A DNA stretch of 64,000 bases from a bacterium (lineage in GTDB: Bacteria; Pseudomonadota; Alphaproteobacteria; Rhizobiales; JAKIUO01): assembly GCA_024228495.1 (NCBI GenBank), contig JAAETJ010000362.1, positions 10,308 to 74,307 of the forward strand, in the 5' to 3' direction. Both the position numbers and the translations under genes were made by a program. Below, in pieces: positions 61,471-64,000 of this stretch; the stretch's first letter is position 1; every line of letters starts with the position of its first letter. The notes beneath the pieces are model-generated. The model saw only the letters and a program-made list of their open reading frames with translations. It was not told the DNA's origin and searched no databases.

Positions 61471-63807
61471 ATGGCCTCGTTAGGCTTTGGTATCGAGCGC
61501 GTCGGACTGCCGTCACTACGCAATCCCAAAACATCGATGATCGTGATCTTGCTGGTCTCGCTGGTCGCGGCACTTGGTTTGTTGAAACTGAAGCCCGCTG
61601 GCAGTCTTGGCGAGCTGTTTCGCTCCGATTCCACTGAATTTGCCAATTATCAAAAGCTCAACAAGCTGTTCCCGACCACTGAATATGACGTCATGGTACT
61701 GATCAAGGGCAAGGATCTGATGCGTCCGCAAACGCTGGATGATATTCGCAATATTCAGCTTGAGCTGGAATTTGCCGATGGCGTCGAGAACATTGTTTCC
61801 ATGTTCACCATGCGTGGCACTCCGGATAAAACCGGTTATGCACCGCCTCTGTTTGCTGCCGATATGCCAACGGGCAAAGAGTTCAATAAGCTTAAAAGAC
61901 GGATTGACGAGCATCCTCATATCACGGATAAATTCCTCTCAAAAGCTGATAGCGACGGCGAGCAAGTGGCCTTGATGGTGCTGTCGCTGAAAGAGGGGTC
62001 TACCGCAACCGGTGTTCTCTCCAAGGTTATTGGTGGCCTTCACGAGACGATCAAAGAAAACGTGGAACCTGCCAGGCTACATTATTTGATGACCGGTTCG
62101 CCCGTCATGCAGATGGAGGTCCGCAAGAGCATCAAACATGACCGCATCACCTTTAATGTCATTGGCTTTACGTTTGGCGTTTTTATTTCGCTCTATTTCT
62201 TTCGCCGTCCAACACTGGTGTTTATCAGCTCCATCTGCCCCGCCTTTGCGGTGTTATGGATCATGGGTATTCTTGGCCATGTGGGGCAACCGATCAACAC
62301 CTTTATCAATGTTCTGCCGCCCCTTATCATGGTTATCACCTTGTCGGATGCCATGCATATGGTGTTTTCAATCCTCAAGCGGATGAGGGCTGGCAAGAGC
62401 AAATATGATGCGATAAAGGAAAGTATTTTGAGCGTTGGTCCGGCCTGCGTGCTGACCTCGCTGACCACCACCATCGCCTTGCTGTCGATGGCGCTGACCG
62501 ATAGCGCTGATATCAAGGCCTTTGCTCTGGCGGCAGCTGGCGGTACGCTGATGGCCTTTTTCGCGGTGATTACGCTGGTGCCCACATTGAGCATGTTGCT
62601 GATCAAGGATGAAAAATCATTTCTCGAAGAAAAAGACACTGGTTTTAATCCACTTTTGTGGCTTGAGCAGCATTGCTTCAAGCTCTCCGATTTTGTTATG
62701 CTCAGATGGCGCCAGCTGGCGATTATCGGCATTTCGGTTGGTACGATCTTCACGGTTTTGCACACGCAGCTGGACGCGCGTTACCGCTTGTCTGATCAGG
62801 TACCCGACGCTGACGACACCTTGCTTGCGATGGATTTGATTGATGCCAGGCTTTCGGGAGCGCAGAAAATCAATATTCTGGTGAAATGGCCTGACGGCAT
62901 GAACTATCACTCGCCAAAAGTCATGGCGGCGATTGGTGAAACGCATCGTCTGCTTGAGAACCAGAAAAAAATCAATAATGTCTCATCGCTTGAAACCATG
63001 CGCCTTTATCTCAAGAAAGAGCTGGAACAAGAAAATACCGTTGCTTTCAAGACCTATGTCGATAAGCTCCCTGATCATTTGAGTGCCCGCTATATCAATC
63101 ATGATGAGCGGACAGCGCTTGTTTCAGGGCAGATCAAAAACCTTGAAGCGGCGCAGGTGGTGCCTGTTTTGCACAAAATAGAGCCTCTTTTGGACACACT
63201 TCGTCAAAAATTTCCACAGCTTGAGTTCACAACTGCGGGTCTTGCCGTGGTCTCGGCACTGCAGAGTATCAATATGATAAATACGCTTTTTCAGGGCCTG
63301 ATGCTGGCGATCGTTATTGTCATCATTTTGCTGGGTGTGGCATTTCGCTCTCTGGATGCGGCACTTTTGAGCATTGTTCCCAATCTCTTCCCTATTGTAA
63401 ACGTGGGAGCCGTTCTCTATCTGTTTGGAGAGGGGGTACAGTTTGCCAGCGTCATGGGATTGACGGTCGCCTTTGGCCTCGCGGTTGATGATACGATCCA
63501 TTTCCTCAATCGCTATGAGCTGGAACAACGTATAACCGGGACGGTGGAAAGCCATGTGCGCAATACGATAGCTCATATTGGCCCGGTGCTGATTTTGACG
63601 ACTCTTGTGCTGCTCTGCGGTTTATCCGTGACAAGTCTGAGTGATCTGCCGGTTACCCGCTTGTTTGGCCAGTTAAGCATGGCGACACTTGCCTCGGCAT
63701 TGGTCGCAGATTTGCTGATATTGCCAGCCATTATATTGGCAGCACGGAAAATAAAACCGTTTGGCCATGAATTCAAGCTTGTTAGTAAGACCAGCCAGAA
63801 GCTGTAA
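61471..63807 (+). CDS. MMPL/RND-superfamily exporter (two sterol-sensing-like 6-TM bundles)
   Basis: About 780 aa with two repeats of a large periplasmic loop plus TM bundle (GSPVMQMEV...; AFGLAVDDTIHFLNRY). ATG at 61471. Confidence 0.8.
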   Translation: MASLGFGIERVGLPSLRNPKTSMIVILLVSLVAALGLLKLKPAGSLGELFRSDSTEFANYQKLNKLFPTTEYDVMVLIKGKDLMRPQTLDDIRNIQLELEFADGVENIVSMFTMRGTPDKTGYAPPLFAADMPTGKEFNKLKRRIDEHPHITDKFLSKADSDGEQVALMVLSLKEGSTATGVLSKVIGGLHETIKENVEPARLHYLMTGSPVMQMEVRKSIKHDRITFNVIGFTFGVFISLYFFRRPTLVFISSICPAFAVLWIMGILGHVGQPINTFINVLPPLIMVITLSDAMHMVFSILKRMRAGKSKYDAIKESILSVGPACVLTSLTTTIALLSMALTDSADIKAFALAAAGGTLMAFFAVITLVPTLSMLLIKDEKSFLEEKDTGFNPLLWLEQHCFKLSDFVMLRWRQLAIIGISVGTIFTVLHTQLDARYRLSDQVPDADDTLLAMDLIDARLSGAQKINILVKWPDGMNYHSPKVMAAIGETHRLLENQKKINNVSSLETMRLYLKKELEQENTVAFKTYVDKLPDHLSARYINHDERTALVSGQIKNLEAAQVVPVLHKIEPLLDTLRQKFPQLEFTTAGLAVVSALQSINMINTLFQGLMLAIVIVIILLGVAFRSLDAALLSIVPNLFPIVNVGAVLYLFGEGVQFASVMGLTVAFGLAVDDTIHFLNRYELEQRITGTVESHVRNTIAHIGPVLILTTLVLLCGLSVTSLSDLPVTRLFGQLSMATLASALVADLLILPAIILAARKIKPFGHEFKLVSKTSQKL

Positions 63808-63833
63808 AAAGCCTGCGTGAAGAAAAGAAAGTG

Positions 63834-64000
63834 ATGATGACAATGAACGGAATAATGAAGATTAGAAGTTTTGGTCTGATCGCAGCTGCTTTTGCGGCGT
63901 TGGTAATGGTCGCTGGTGGAGTAACTGGCGCGAGTGCCGCGAGCAAGGGAAACCCGTTTCCCAAGCTCAAAGGCAATTGGAAATGTGTACGCGGTGGCTG
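63834..64000 (+). CDS. Secreted protein, 5' part only (runs off the window end)
   Basis: MMTMNGIMKIRSFGLIAAAFAALVMVAGGVTGASAASKGNPF... is signal-peptide-like. The frame stays open to nt 64000. Confidence 0.4.
   Translation, partial: MMTMNGIMKIRSFGLIAAAFAALVMVAGGVTGASAASKGNPFPKLKGNWKCVRGG

Overview
This is a 64-kb chromosomal segment from a mid-GC alphaproteobacterium. Gene content and order suggest Hyphomicrobiales/Rhizobiales: cycHJKL-type ccmI-E-F-H, DUF1491, DUF2259, a DUF1214/DUF1254 pair next to PBP1A, and a PepSY-RR-HK module. The taxon is an inference only. Left arm (1-25 kb): the 3' end of a sensor-type [NiFe]-hydrogenase large subunit, hypF, a His-rich Ni permease, a two-component system, a TRAP transporter beside pxpBCA (5-oxoprolinase), a ferredoxin-reductase-like flavoprotein, a PAS histidine kinase with a degenerate ATPase domain, peptidoglycan-related proteins, PBP1A and ycgN. 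Centre (25.3-44.6 kb): a complete RcGTA-type gene transfer agent head-tail cluster. It runs from a g1-like ORF and the large terminase through g15, with every ORF intact and on the + strand. No integrase, repressor or replication genes are present. The cluster is unusually fragmented. It is interrupted by a minus-strand metY, two minus-strand orphan ORFs, an extra HK97-gp10-like neck gene, a strong internal terminator and several copies of a palindromic repeat family. It is directly followed by a holin-like ORF and a GH19 endolysin. A lambda-type G GGA AAG slippery site links the two tail-chaperone ORFs. Right arm (45-64 kb): an SLT transglycosylase with a K/R/Y-rich linker, a PepSY-RR-HK module, a perfect 13-bp x6 tandem repeat upstream of a glycine-zipper lipoprotein, ccmIEFH, truncated transposase and TetR remnants flanking an EamA transporter, dnaX-ybaB-(RRM protein)-recR, ccdA, thiD and an MMPL/RND exporter. 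No rRNA, tRNA or CRISPR array was seen. All calls rest on reading the translations and the DNA by eye; no database search was run.
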